From: Candidatus Pacearchaeota archaeon
GTDB taxonomy: Archaea > Nanobdellota > Nanobdellia > Pacearchaeales > UBA284
Assembly (NCBI GenBank): GCA_038886195.1
Contig: JAVZYK010000001.1
Coordinates: forward strand, 80,339-144,338
Reading direction: 5' to 3'
Length of the DNA stretch: 64,000 bases
Shown piece by piece: positions 28,813-38,964 of the stretch (within the stretch, counting starts at the first letter, position 1; every line of letters begins with the position of its first letter). The notes below the pieces were generated by a model, which did not search any database, was not told where the DNA came from, and was given only the letters and a program-made list of their open reading frames with translations. The position numbers and the translations under genes are program-made.

Positions 28813-30504
28813 ATGGAAGTAGAATATAAGCTAAAAGAGGTGCTGAAAAAAATAACCGGTTTGAAGGAAATAAGTTTAGAAATTCCTAAACCTGAATTTG
28901 GAGACTACGCCTTTGCTTGTTTTTCTTTAGCTAGAGAACAGAAAAAAAATCCGAATAATGTTGCTAAAGAGCTCGTCGAAAAATTGCAATCACAATTACC
29001 TAAAGAAATCTCTAAAATTGAAGCAGTTAATGGTTATATAAATTTTTCAGTTGATAAATCTAATTTTTTAAAAGCTGTTATTGAAAAAATTCTTAAAGAT
29101 AAAGAAAAATTCGGTTCGTTGAATTTAAAAGGAAAAGCATTAATTGAGCATACTAGTATTAATCCGAACGCATCACCTCATGTTGGCAGGATAAGGAATG
29201 CGATAATTGGCGATATTCTAGCAAGGCTCTTAAGATTTCACGGCTATAAAACAGAGGTACATTATTATGTTAATGATGTCTCAAAACAGATGGCTTTGCT
29301 TGTGCTTGGCTCAAAAGGGAATGAAACTTTTGATGATTTGTTGAAACTTTATGTTGAAATGTCAAAAAAAATGGAATCGGATCCTGAAATTGAAAAGAAA
29401 GTTTTCGAAATTTTAGAAAAAATAGAAAAGAAAGATAAAGAAACTATTGCTAAATTAAATAGGCTTGTTAAAATAGCCATTGAGGGTCAAAGAAATATTT
29501 TAGCTAAATTAGGAATATTTTATGATTCGTTTGATTATGAATCAAAATATCTTGAAAAAGGAAAGTTAAAAGATGTTTTAAAACAGTTTGAAAAAACTAA
29601 GAGGTTAGAAAAAGATGTAGAAGGCCGTTATGTTTTAAATCAAAGCAACATGAAATGGCAATTTGAAAAAGAGATGAAATCGCCTATTCTAGTTTTGACC
29701 AGAAGCGATGGTACTGGACTTTATGTTTTAAGAGACATTGCCTATACTATTGACAAAATGAAAAAAGCTCCAGTCAACATCATTGTTCTCGGCGAAGATC
29801 ATAAACTTTATTTTAAACAACTAACAGCCGCTTTGGAATTGCTTGGTTACAATGCTCCTAGAGTGGTGCATTATTCTTTTATTCTTCTTAAAACAAAAAA
29901 AGGTGTCAAAAAAATGTCTACAAGGAGAGGAGAGATCATTCTTGTGAGTGATTTTGTTGAGGAGGCTATAAAAAAAGCTGAGAAAGAAATTAAAAAAAGG
30001 AAAAGAGAAAACAAGATTGATTTGAAAAAAGTAGCGGAAGCAATTGCAATAGGGGCAATTCGTTATAGTATTGCAAAGGTTGAACAAGATAAAGGAATTT
30101 TATTTGATTGGAATGAAGCTTTGAATTTTGAAGGCAATTCAGGACCTTATTTACAATACGTTTATGCTAGAGCTTCGAATATTTTGAAAAAATTAGAAGA
30201 AAAAAAAGGAAAGTTAAAAGAGGCAAGTTATAATGATATTAATGATAAAGAATATACTCTTGCTAAAGAACTTTCTTTATTTCCAGAAATAACTAAAATT
30301 TCTTTAGAACAATTAAAACCTTATTTGCTTTGTAATTACGCTTATAAGTTAGCCCAACTGTTTAACGATTTTTATGAATCTTGTCCTGTAATCAATGCTG
30401 AAGCAGGAATCAAAGAACGGAGAGTTTCATTGGTTAGAGCTACAAAACAAGTTTTAGCCAATGTTCTTAATATTATTGGAGTCCCAGTTCTTGAGGCAAT
30501 GTAA
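28813..30504 (+). CDS. argS: Arginyl-tRNA synthetase
   Basis: EHTSINPNASPHVGRIRN, RSDGTGLY, KMSTRRG, GNSGPYLQYVYAR; ATG start at 28813. Confidence 0.96.
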   Translation: MEVEYKLKEVLKKITGLKEISLEIPKPEFGDYAFACFSLAREQKKNPNNVAKELVEKLQSQLPKEISKIEAVNGYINFSVDKSNFLKAVIEKILKDKEKFGSLNLKGKALIEHTSINPNASPHVGRIRNAIIGDILARLLRFHGYKTEVHYYVNDVSKQMALLVLGSKGNETFDDLLKLYVEMSKKMESDPEIEKKVFEILEKIEKKDKETIAKLNRLVKIAIEGQRNILAKLGIFYDSFDYESKYLEKGKLKDVLKQFEKTKRLEKDVEGRYVLNQSNMKWQFEKEMKSPILVLTRSDGTGLYVLRDIAYTIDKMKKAPVNIIVLGEDHKLYFKQLTAALELLGYNAPRVVHYSFILLKTKKGVKKMSTRRGEIILVSDFVEEAIKKAEKEIKKRKRENKIDLKKVAEAIAIGAIRYSIAKVEQDKGILFDWNEALNFEGNSGPYLQYVYARASNILKKLEEKKGKLKEASYNDINDKEYTLAKELSLFPEITKISLEQLKPYLLCNYAYKLAQLFNDFYESCPVINAEAGIKERRVSLVRATKQVLANVLNIIGVPVLEAM

Positions 30505-30548
30505 TATTTAACTGTAATGTTTTTATATTTTGTCTTTTTAATTATTTT

Positions 30549-31865
30549 ATGTCTTATAATGTTTATGTTGAAACTTATGGCTGTAGTGCGAATCAGAGCA
30601 ATTCAGAAATAATGAAGGGAATTCTAGCCAGTCATGGCTTTAATATAGTTAGCAATGAAAATATCGCTGACGTTGTAATTATAAACAGTTGCATAGTTAA
30701 AGGACCAACACTCAAGAAAATGGAAGAAAGAATAAAGCATTTTTCTATAAAAAAAGCAAAATTAATTGTTGCCGGTTGTATGCCTGAAGTTTTTTTAGAC
30801 CGAATTAAGAAGTTTGCTCCAGAAGCTTCTATTGTAAGCGTTCATCATATTAAAGATATTATAAAGGCTGTGAAAGGTATTTTAGAGAATAAACGTTTAG
30901 AATTTGTTGGAAAAACTAAAGAAATAAAATTAAATTTGCCTAGAATTTCTGAAAATAAAACAATTGGAATAATTCAGATTGCTCAAGGCTGCATAAATGA
31001 TTGTAGTTATTGTATTGTTAAACGGGTTAAAGGCAATTTGTTTTCTTATCCTATAGAAAGTATTATCAAAGATGTTAAAAATGCTTTAGCGCAAGGATGT
31101 AAAGAGATATGGTTGACAAGTCAAGATAATGCCTGTTATGGAGTAGATAGAGGGAATAATGAATTGTCTTTATTATTAAAAGAAATTTTAAGTTTAAAAG
31201 GCAGGTTTTTTGTTCGTTTAGGAATGATGAATCCTTCGTCTCTTTTGCCGATCGTAGATGATATTATAGAATGTTATAAAAGCGATAAAATGTTTAAATT
31301 TTTACATTTACCTGTTCAAAGCGGTTCAGACAGAATATTGAAATTAATGAATAGGAATTATAAAGTAAAAGATTTTTTATTTATAGTTAATAAATTTAGG
31401 AATACATTTCCTGAACTAAATTTGAGCACAGATATAATAGTTGGTTTTCCCGGCGAGACTAGAGAAGATTTTAGAAAAACTTTAGAACTTGTTGAAAAAA
31501 TTAGGCCAGATATAATTAATGTTTCAAAATTCTGGCCAATGCCAGGAACTAAAGCAGCTACATTGAAACAAATCGATGAAAAAGAAAAAAAGAAAAGAGC
31601 AACTAAATTAATGAAATTGCATAACAAAATAGCTCTTGAGAAAAATAAAGAATTCGTTGGAAAAAAGATGAAAATTCTAATTGATGAAAAAGGTTTTAAT
31701 GATAAAAACAGCAAAAGTTTTTTAGGAAGGAATGAAAGTTATAAACTTGTTGTGGTTAAGTTTTTAGAGAACTGCAGAGAAAATTTAATTGGAAAATTTG
31801 TTAATGTTAAAATTACAGATTATAGAAATCATTACCTAATTGGAACTTTAGAGACTAAAAGATAG
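30549..31865 (+). CDS. tRNA t6A37 methylthiotransferase (MiaB/MtaB-like radical SAM)
   Basis: ETYGCSAN, NSCIVK, AGC, CINDCSYC, DIIVGFPGET, TRAM domain. Confidence 0.92.
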   Translation: MSYNVYVETYGCSANQSNSEIMKGILASHGFNIVSNENIADVVIINSCIVKGPTLKKMEERIKHFSIKKAKLIVAGCMPEVFLDRIKKFAPEASIVSVHHIKDIIKAVKGILENKRLEFVGKTKEIKLNLPRISENKTIGIIQIAQGCINDCSYCIVKRVKGNLFSYPIESIIKDVKNALAQGCKEIWLTSQDNACYGVDRGNNELSLLLKEILSLKGRFFVRLGMMNPSSLLPIVDDIIECYKSDKMFKFLHLPVQSGSDRILKLMNRNYKVKDFLFIVNKFRNTFPELNLSTDIIVGFPGETREDFRKTLELVEKIRPDIINVSKFWPMPGTKAATLKQIDEKEKKKRATKLMKLHNKIALEKNKEFVGKKMKILIDEKGFNDKNSKSFLGRNESYKLVVVKFLENCRENLIGKFVNVKITDYRNHYLIGTLETKR

Positions 31866-31936
31866 AGACTAAAAAATAAATTTTAAATATAAAAACAAGT
31901 ATAATTATTTCTTCGTTCTACCTCTTTTTTGTTCTT

Positions 31937-31967
31937 GAGCAGGCCCGCTTTATTGCGGCAGCGGTTC
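31937..31967. terminator. GC-rich hairpin between convergent genes
   Basis: CCGC-TTTATT-GCGG, with an alternative GCGG partner, in AT-rich DNA flanked by T/A tracts. Confidence 0.35.
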
Positions 31968-31969
31968 TT

Positions 31970-32788
31970 TTATTGTAGTTTAACTTTATTCAAAGGAGTC
32001 ATCTTTTCCCATGATGAATCAAAAATTTGTGCTATTGCGTTAGCGAAGAATGGACTATTGATCCAAACTCCTACATCGTAATTTGGATGTACCTCTTCAT
32101 CGTCTAAGATTAAAAACATAAGTTCTTTGTTGTCTGTTAGCGCGAATCTTGCCTTTATTTTGCCGTGTTTCACTTCTGCTATTTTGCTAAGTTCTTTAGC
32201 AATCTTATAGTTTTTTGGTGTTATGGGCGCCGCTATTCTTACACTCACTCCTCTTTTTTTTGCTCTTTCTATGGCAGCTTTCAAACTTTCAAATTTTCTA
32301 TTTAAACCATCTGCTGTTGTAGCTATTGTTACATTCTTTGTGGCATTTCTAATCATCATATCTAAATGATTGTAAATGTTGTGTCTACCCCTGATAGCAC
32401 CACTCAAGTCTGTAGGTTCAATATATTTTATTCCTGTCGTATATAGTTGATTTAATTCTTGAAGTACGTCGCTGTTTTTTAGTTCGTCTAATCTTTTTGA
32501 CATATCTTGCGCTTCTCTTACAACATTTCTCTTAACTCTCTCAACAACTTCGTCTGGTTTTAATGCTACAAATTTTATTGGCTTGCCCAATTTCATCACT
32601 ACAAAACCTTTTTTCTCCAAAGATTCAAGAATGTCATAGGTTCTTGATCGAGGCACTCCAGAAATATCGCTTAACTCGCCTGCTGTTGAAACGCCTCTAG
32701 AAAGCAAAGCAGTCCACACCTTTACTTCGTAGAGATTTAAACCGAAAATCTTGCGAAGTCTGCTCAAAAACTCTTCTTTAACAACCAT
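31970..32788 (-). CDS. TrmB-family regulator (paralogue of 4864..5652)
   Basis: GLNLYEVKVWTALL...GVPRSRTYDILESLEKKG; shares GKPIK and VWINSPFF with the first copy. Confidence 0.9.
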   Translation of the reverse strand: MVVKEEFLSRLRKIFGLNLYEVKVWTALLSRGVSTAGELSDISGVPRSRTYDILESLEKKGFVVMKLGKPIKFVALKPDEVVERVKRNVVREAQDMSKRLDELKNSDVLQELNQLYTTGIKYIEPTDLSGAIRGRHNIYNHLDMMIRNATKNVTIATTADGLNRKFESLKAAIERAKKRGVSVRIAAPITPKNYKIAKELSKIAEVKHGKIKARFALTDNKELMFLILDDEEVHPNYDVGVWINSPFFANAIAQIFDSSWEKMTPLNKVKLQ

Positions 32789-32869
32789 TTTTATTTACTT
32801 TAGCATAACGATTTTATAGTCATTAGTGTTCTTAATATAGAGTAGTATTTAAAGTTTTCTATACTGAAT

Positions 32870-35773
32870 TTATATTACATCAAAAGATATTTTGACTATT
32901 TTATTTTTTATTTTTTCTTCATAATTATATTTATATTTTTTTGATGATTTTTCGAGTTTTATTTCTACAGCATTGACTTTTTCTTTTATTATTTTTTCAG
33001 AATTTTTAACATATTTTTGCAATAATTCATCTAAGTCTAAAGTAAGCATTATTTTTTGCTCTTTTGTTAACCCTGCTTTTTTTCTTGTTTCTTGTATTGC
33101 TCTCATTAGTTCGCGAACATAGCCTTCGGCTTCAAGTTCTGGAGTTAGCTTTGTTTCAAGTTCTACTTCTATACCTTCTTTCTTAGTTAGTTTAAACTCA
33201 ATTCTTTTAACATTAACTTGTCTCATTATTATTTCCTGTAGTTCTTTACTTATTTTCTTATTTATTTTAATTGTAAGCAGCGGTAGAGGCCATCTTAATC
33301 CTAGAGATGCAGCTGATCTTAAAGCCAAAGCTTTTTCGATTATTTCTAGCGCTACGGAAAATTCTTTTTCAAGTTGAACATCTATAGCTTTTTCATTTAC
33401 TTTTGGCCATTCGGCCATATGAATCGATTCTTCTTTTAGTCCAAAAGCATTTTTCATTTCTAGGAAAATCGCTTCTGTTATATAAGGACAAACAGGTGCA
33501 AACAGTTTAATTATATTTATCATTGATTCGTAAATCGTATAGAGAACTGCTTCCTTTTCTTTTTCTGAACCTAACGAAGATTTTTCTCGAACAAATTGAA
33601 TATACACTCTACTAAGTTCTAAAAATAAAGTTTCTATTTTTGCAACAATTTCGTCAAGTTTATAATTTTCGTAAAGCTTCGTAACTTCTTTTATTGTTGA
33701 ATTTAGACGTGAAAGAATATATTTTTCTTCAATCGAAAGTTCTGGTTTAATTTTTACAGGATTTTTATTGATTAGTTTGGCGAGTTCAAGCAAATAATTT
33801 TTAATATTCCAAAGAACGTTTATATTTCTTTGCTTTTGTTTCATTCCTTCCCATGAAAAATTAAGATTCTCTCCCGCCCTACATTCAGTCATATAATAGC
33901 GGAATAAATCGACACCATATTTGTTAATAACTTCATAAGGAGAAACAACATTGCCAAGAGATTTTGACATTTTCATGCCTTGCCAATCAAGAATCATGCC
34001 ATGAACATATACTGCTTTATAGCAAGATTTTTTTAAAGCTATAAAACTACATATTTGAAGCATAGAAAACCATAATCTAATTTGTTCATTTGCTTCTAGA
34101 ATAAAATCTGCTGGGAACCATTTTTTAAAAAAATCTTTTCTTGAAGGATAATATAAACAATTCCAAGAAGTAGTTCCAGAATCTAACCAAACATCAAGAA
34201 CATCCGGAATTCTAGTCATTGAATTTTTACATTTAGGACAATTTAACTTTACAGAATCAATCCAAGGTCTATGCAAATCTTCTGGCAATTTATTTTGAGA
34301 TTTTTCTTTAAGTTCTTCAATAGAGCCTATAACTTCTATTGTTTTACAATTAGGATTAGAACATTCCCATATAGGCACAGGGGTTCCCCAAAATCTTTGT
34401 CTTGTAATACTATTATCTTTTAATGATTTTATCCATGAATCGAAAGCATCTTTAGCCCATTTCGGAACCCATCTAACTGATTGATTCGCTTTTATTATAT
34501 CTGGAATTAAATCTTCTATTTTTAGAAACCATTGTTCTGTTGCTCTAAAGATTACGGGATTGTGGCATCTCCAGCACAGAGGATATTCGTGTTCAACTTC
34601 TGTGGTGGCAAGTAAGGATCCTTTGACTTTTAACATGTTTATTATTTTATCATCATCTTTTTTTGCTGTAAAACCCTTTAAGAAATTAATTTCAGTTAAA
34701 CATCCTTTTTCATCTAAAGTATTAAAAGGAGGAATGTCATATTTTTGTCCAACTTCAAAATCTTCAGGCCCACATCCTGGAGCACAATGAACAAGGCCCG
34801 TACCAGCATCTGTCGTTACATATTCTTCGCTTAATACAACTGTATGAACGTTTTTGTGTTTTTTCTTTAAGTCATCAAAAATATTTTTCATTTCTTGATA
34901 AAATGGATGTTCATATTCAATACCTTCAAGTTCTTTACCTTTTATTTCTTCAATTATTTTAAATTTCTTTTCAAAAACACTAGTCATAACAACATTTGCT
35001 AAAGCCTTGGCCAGAATCCAAATTTCGCCCTTTTCTTCTCCTTCTTCAATCTGAACTTTTACATATTCAATTTCGGGATTAACCATTACAGCAAGATTAT
35101 AAGGAATTGTCCAAGGAGTTGTTGTCCATATTATTAGATATTCTTTAGATTTGTTTTTTAGTTTAAATTTTAGGAAAATGCTTTTGTCTTTAACGCTTTC
35201 ATATTCAAGTTCATGTTTTGCGAGAGCTGTTTCACAACTTGCACACCAATGCATAATTTTCTTTCCTTTGTAAAGTCTTTTTTGTTCCCAAGCTTTTTTG
35301 ATAAGAAACCATTCATTGCTCATGAACTCATTATCTATTGGTTTATAAGCATTCTTGAAATCCATCCAGACCGCAAGTTTCCACAAGTCTCGGTTCATTT
35401 CAGCCAATCTTGCTAAGGAGTAGTTTTTACATTCTATGTTAAATTTGTCTAAACCGAACTTCAGAATTTCTTTTTTATCTTTAAGTTTGAGTAGTTTTTG
35501 AACGGCATTTTCTGTTGGCAAGCCATGCATATCGTAGCCGGCACGATCCCAAACATTAAAACCTTGCATTCTTTTGAATCTTAAAACAGTATCTTTTAAG
35601 CAATTATTCCAAGCATGTCCTATATGAAGATAACCTGATGTGTAAGGAGGGCCTTGTAAGAAATAAAATTTCTTTCCTCTTTTGTTTTTTTCTTTAACTT
35701 TTTCATATATTTTATTTTTATTCCAAAATTCCAATATTTCTTCCTCTTTAGTTTTAAAGTCATATATAGTCAT
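32870..35773 (-). CDS. ileS: Isoleucyl-tRNA synthetase
   Basis: GPPYTSGYLHIGH, WTTTPWT, GTGLVH, KMSKS. Confidence 0.96.
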   Translation of the reverse strand: MTIYDFKTKEEEILEFWNKNKIYEKVKEKNKRGKKFYFLQGPPYTSGYLHIGHAWNNCLKDTVLRFKRMQGFNVWDRAGYDMHGLPTENAVQKLLKLKDKKEILKFGLDKFNIECKNYSLARLAEMNRDLWKLAVWMDFKNAYKPIDNEFMSNEWFLIKKAWEQKRLYKGKKIMHWCASCETALAKHELEYESVKDKSIFLKFKLKNKSKEYLIIWTTTPWTIPYNLAVMVNPEIEYVKVQIEEGEEKGEIWILAKALANVVMTSVFEKKFKIIEEIKGKELEGIEYEHPFYQEMKNIFDDLKKKHKNVHTVVLSEEYVTTDAGTGLVHCAPGCGPEDFEVGQKYDIPPFNTLDEKGCLTEINFLKGFTAKKDDDKIINMLKVKGSLLATTEVEHEYPLCWRCHNPVIFRATEQWFLKIEDLIPDIIKANQSVRWVPKWAKDAFDSWIKSLKDNSITRQRFWGTPVPIWECSNPNCKTIEVIGSIEELKEKSQNKLPEDLHRPWIDSVKLNCPKCKNSMTRIPDVLDVWLDSGTTSWNCLYYPSRKDFFKKWFPADFILEANEQIRLWFSMLQICSFIALKKSCYKAVYVHGMILDWQGMKMSKSLGNVVSPYEVINKYGVDLFRYYMTECRAGENLNFSWEGMKQKQRNINVLWNIKNYLLELAKLINKNPVKIKPELSIEEKYILSRLNSTIKEVTKLYENYKLDEIVAKIETLFLELSRVYIQFVREKSSLGSEKEKEAVLYTIYESMINIIKLFAPVCPYITEAIFLEMKNAFGLKEESIHMAEWPKVNEKAIDVQLEKEFSVALEIIEKALALRSAASLGLRWPLPLLTIKINKKISKELQEIIMRQVNVKRIEFKLTKKEGIEVELETKLTPELEAEGYVRELMRAIQETRKKAGLTKEQKIMLTLDLDELLQKYVKNSEKIIKEKVNAVEIKLEKSSKKYKYNYEEKIKNKIVKISFDVI

Positions 35774-35864
35774 TTTACAATCAAATATTATAAATTAAAT
35801 TCCTCTTTTTAAATTTTATTTTTAAAATAAAAAAGAGATAAAAATAAAAATAAAAGAAAAAACT

Positions 35865-36050
35865 TTACCAATCTTCATCAATATCTTCTTCTACCTCTTC
35901 ATCCATTTCTTCATCATCAACGTCTTCTGAAAATTCTTCATCTTCTATATCTTCTTCATCTTCTGTTTCTTCCTCTTCTTCATCGAAATCTTCATCTTCT
36001 TCTTCAAAATCTTCTTCATCTTCAATCTCTTCCTCTTTCTTTTTTGACAT
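35865..36050 (-). CDS. Small, extremely acidic protein
   Basis: MSKKK followed by an almost pure D/E tract; GGAGG SD upstream. Confidence 0.65.
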   Translation of the reverse strand: MSKKKEEEIEDEEDFEEEDEDFDEEEEETEDEEDIEDEEFSEDVDDEEMDEEVEEDIDEDW

Positions 36051-36151
36051 CTTAACTTGTAACCTCCATTTAATCAGTTGTTTTTAACAAAAATAAGGGC
36101 TTTATAAATTTTGCTGTTTTCAACGAATCTTATAGAAAAATTTAAAATTTT

Positions 36152-36664
36152 TTATTTAAAGTTTCTAGTGTTAAATACTTTGTTTTTTTCAATTAAAGTT
36201 ATTGCTGCTTTGTCTCCAATTATTTCTACTTTAATAATTTTGTCAGGATTACTTAGATCTACTTTTGGCTTATTGACTACGTCTGTTAGTTTTATGATAA
36301 GGTCTTTAGGATATTCTTTTTTTGTTTCTCTTTTAGCAAGTTCCATTTTCCATTTTTCTTCATTTTTTATTCCTTTTTGAATTTCTGCTATCGTTTTTTG
36401 CATTTCTTTAATTTCTGCTTTACACCAGGCATCAACAGGCCACCAGCTGAATGTATAGTTAAATTTCTCTACATCTTTTTTAATAATTTCAAAAAGCTTG
36501 TCGATTAATTTTCTTGCGTCTTTAACTTTTAGTTGTGCTAAACCGTTGCTTATTTTCATTATTTTTCCACTTTTATCTATTTCTTCTAATAATGCTTCAA
36601 TTTCTTTTTTAGCACTTTCTTGGTGCACTGGGTCAAAAGTAACCAATAAGTTAATTTCGGCCAT
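36152..36664 (-). CDS. THUMP-domain protein
   Basis: KVDLSNPDKIIKVEIIGD THUMP signature; NLLVT N-terminus. Confidence 0.8.
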   Translation of the reverse strand: MAEINLLVTFDPVHQESAKKEIEALLEEIDKSGKIMKISNGLAQLKVKDARKLIDKLFEIIKKDVEKFNYTFSWWPVDAWCKAEIKEMQKTIAEIQKGIKNEEKWKMELAKRETKKEYPKDLIIKLTDVVNKPKVDLSNPDKIIKVEIIGDKAAITLIEKNKVFNTRNFK

Positions 36665-36745
36665 ATTATTTCTTTAACACCTCCTTATTTAAAATAAAAA
36701 ATATCTATATATAGTTTTCTATATTTTTAAATACTAGTTTTTAAT

Positions 36746-36862
36746 CTAAACGGCAGCCATTCTTCTTAGTTTTCTTTTTCTTTTCTCTCGTTTCATGCGC
36801 TTGCGCTGCCACTTCCATCTCATTTGCCTCTTTTTTTTCCAGCGTCTAGATGAGCGCTTCAT
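36746..36862 (-). CDS. rpl41e: Ribosomal protein eL41 (eS32), 38 aa; not in the ORF track
   Basis: MKRSSRRWKKKRQMRWKWQRKRMKREKRKRKLRRMAAV; directly downstream of rpoL. Confidence 0.85.
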   Translation of the reverse strand: MKRSSRRWKKKRQMRWKWQRKRMKREKRKRKLRRMAAV

Positions 36863-36868
36863 TTTAAT

Positions 36869-37141
36869 CTACTTATTTTTCATAGCTTTTTTAAATTCTG
36901 CAAGAAGTTCTTGATTTGTTTTTTTAATTTTTTCTATTGTTTCAAGCAATACCTTTTTAGCTTCTTTTCCGTTAGTTCTTAAGATAAGATGAGGATTCTT
37001 GCTCGGATGTTCGCGCTTCCATGCCGCAAGCTCGGTTGCTTTATCTTGCCATAACATATCTCGCATTAATTCTGCTATCGTAAGATTGTCTATTTCAATT
37101 TCAATAAAATTCTTTTCCTTTTTGATTACTTTAACTTCCAT
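36869..37141 (-). CDS. rpoL: RNA polymerase subunit L (Rpo11)
   Basis: IEIEID.LTIAELMR..L...AAWKREHP...P.L.LRT. Confidence 0.85.
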   Translation of the reverse strand: MEVKVIKKEKNFIEIEIDNLTIAELMRDMLWQDKATELAAWKREHPSKNPHLILRTNGKEAKKVLLETIEKIKKTNQELLAEFKKAMKNK

Positions 37142-37172
37142 TTTAATTTATATAGAAGTTTTTTATCGTTAT

Positions 37173-37847
37173 TTAAATCTTTTCTTCATGCTGTTCCTTT
37201 TTTTCTTTATTTTCTTCAGTTAATTCTGTATCAATTTTTTCTTCTATTTCTTTTGTTTCTTTTTTTGATATCAGCTTCATTCTTTCTAGAATATCTCTTA
37301 TAGTGATTCTTTTTGTAGCTTCTGAACTGAAATCTAAAGGAATGTCAGAAACTTCCTCTTGGGAAGGTTGTGAAATTTGTGATGACAATTGAGTTAATGA
37401 TCGCGTAGTTGCTTGAGATTGCGACTGGAAATCTTTAAAATTTTTTTCTACATATTCTTTAAATTCATCTTCATCGAGAACTTCAAATTTTTTTCTTTCT
37501 GTTTTGAAAGATTCTAAAGGCTCTATCGTTGAGGATGTTATTTTGGCTTTTTTTTCTTCATACCTTTTTCTTAAATCTTCAAGTTTAACTGGTTGAGGCC
37601 TCTCGATTCTTTTCGGCATTATTCCTGTCAACCTTCTCATTACATCGCTGACTGTAGTCTTTTCCATCTTTTCAATATTGATATGAGAAGGTTTTTTTAG
37701 AACAATAGCGTTGTTTGCTATAACACATCTGTTACATATTCTTTTAGCTTTTCCGTCTACAATAGCATCTACAAGAAAATCTTTTGTAAGGCATTCTTCG
37801 CATTCTTCTTCAGGTTCATTTCTAAAAGATTTTAAAGACTCAAACAT
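37173..37847 (-). CDS. aMBF1-like Zn-ribbon protein, HTH not evident
   Basis: CEEC...AIVDG...ICNRC; likely start MFESLK at 37847. Confidence 0.5.
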   Translation of the reverse strand: MFESLKSFRNEPEEECEECLTKDFLVDAIVDGKAKRICNRCVIANNAIVLKKPSHINIEKMEKTTVSDVMRRLTGIMPKRIERPQPVKLEDLRKRYEEKKAKITSSTIEPLESFKTERKKFEVLDEDEFKEYVEKNFKDFQSQSQATTRSLTQLSSQISQPSQEEVSDIPLDFSSEATKRITIRDILERMKLISKKETKEIEEKIDTELTEENKEKKEQHEEKI

Positions 37848-37902
37848 TTTTTTTTTTAAGAAAGAAATAAAATTTATAACTTTTAATATTTTTCTATATT
37901 CT

Positions 37903-38961
37903 ATGATATCCATTGTAATTCCTACATTAAATGAAGCTCAGAATATTGAGATTCTTTTGAGAAGGATTATAAAATTGAGAAATAAGTTAAAAGATTATGA
38001 AATAATTGTTGCGGACAGCAATAGCAAAGACAATACAGTCACTATAGCTAAGAATCTCGCTTCTAGATATAAATGGCCAATAAAAGTTATACAAACAGGA
38101 AATGCTGATTTAAGTAATGCGATTGTTAGAGCTTTGTTTTCTGTACGAGGAGATGTTGTTGTAATTATGGACGCAGATCTACAGCATCCTCCCGAACTTT
38201 TACCAAAAATGTTACAAATTTTAGAAAAAGGAAACGATATTGTGATAGCTTCTAGATTTGTGAAAGGTTCTAAAATTAATTTTGGTTTTTCTCGCATTCT
38301 AGTATCAAAAACTTATAGATTTTTGGCTCATTTGTTTGTTCCTAAAACTAAAGGAATTAAAGATCCTGCTTCTGGTTTTTTTGTTTTTAGAAAAAAAATT
38401 TTAAAGAACGTTAGACTTAAACCTTTGGGATTTAAAATACTTTTAGAAATTTTGGCCAAAGGAAAATATGATGGTGTTGTAGAAATTCCGTTTAATTTTA
38501 AAAATAGAGAAAAAGGTAAAAGCAAATTTAATTTTAAACAAACAAGTTTGGCTTTTAAACATTTGTTAAAGTTAGCAAAGCATAACAAAGAACATTTGAG
38601 ATTTTTAAAATTTCTTATTGTTGGTGCAAGCGGCATAGTTGTTAATGAAGGATTGCTTTGGCTTTTGACAGAGTCTGGTTTATTTTATCTTTTTTCAAGT
38701 TTAATCGCTATAGAAGCTTCAATTGTTTCAAATTTTATATTAAATGATTTGTGGACATTTAGAAAAGATAGAAAAGGTTTGTTTTTTACAAGATTTTTGA
38801 AATTTAATTTATCAAGAGCAATGGCTTCTTTAGTAATTAATTTTATAGTTCTATGGCTCTTAACTGTTTTTGGTTTACATTATTTAATATCTAATTTAAT
38901 TGGAATTGTAGTTGCGACTATTTTGACTTATCTTACTAGCTTGTGGTGGGTTTGGAAATAA
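37903..38961 (+). CDS. Polyprenol-phosphate mannosyltransferase (GT2) fused to a GtrA-like domain
   Basis: SIVIPTLNE, DSNSKD, MDADLQHPPE, GFKILLE; GtrA-like KFLIVG...NF.LND.WTF. Confidence 0.9.
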   Translation: MISIVIPTLNEAQNIEILLRRIIKLRNKLKDYEIIVADSNSKDNTVTIAKNLASRYKWPIKVIQTGNADLSNAIVRALFSVRGDVVVIMDADLQHPPELLPKMLQILEKGNDIVIASRFVKGSKINFGFSRILVSKTYRFLAHLFVPKTKGIKDPASGFFVFRKKILKNVRLKPLGFKILLEILAKGKYDGVVEIPFNFKNREKGKSKFNFKQTSLAFKHLLKLAKHNKEHLRFLKFLIVGASGIVVNEGLLWLLTESGLFYLFSSLIAIEASIVSNFILNDLWTFRKDRKGLFFTRFLKFNLSRAMASLVINFIVLWLLTVFGLHYLISNLIGIVVATILTYLTSLWWVWK

Positions 38962-38964
38962 AAA

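Noticed and set aside
31850..31874. AGAGACTAAAA direct repeat at the end of the methylthiotransferase gene
   Set aside because: Short, low-complexity local duplication with no functional indication.
37711..37913. Apparent 200-bp head-to-head overlap of two ORFs
   Set aside because: Disappears with the real starts at 37847 (-) and 37903 (+).
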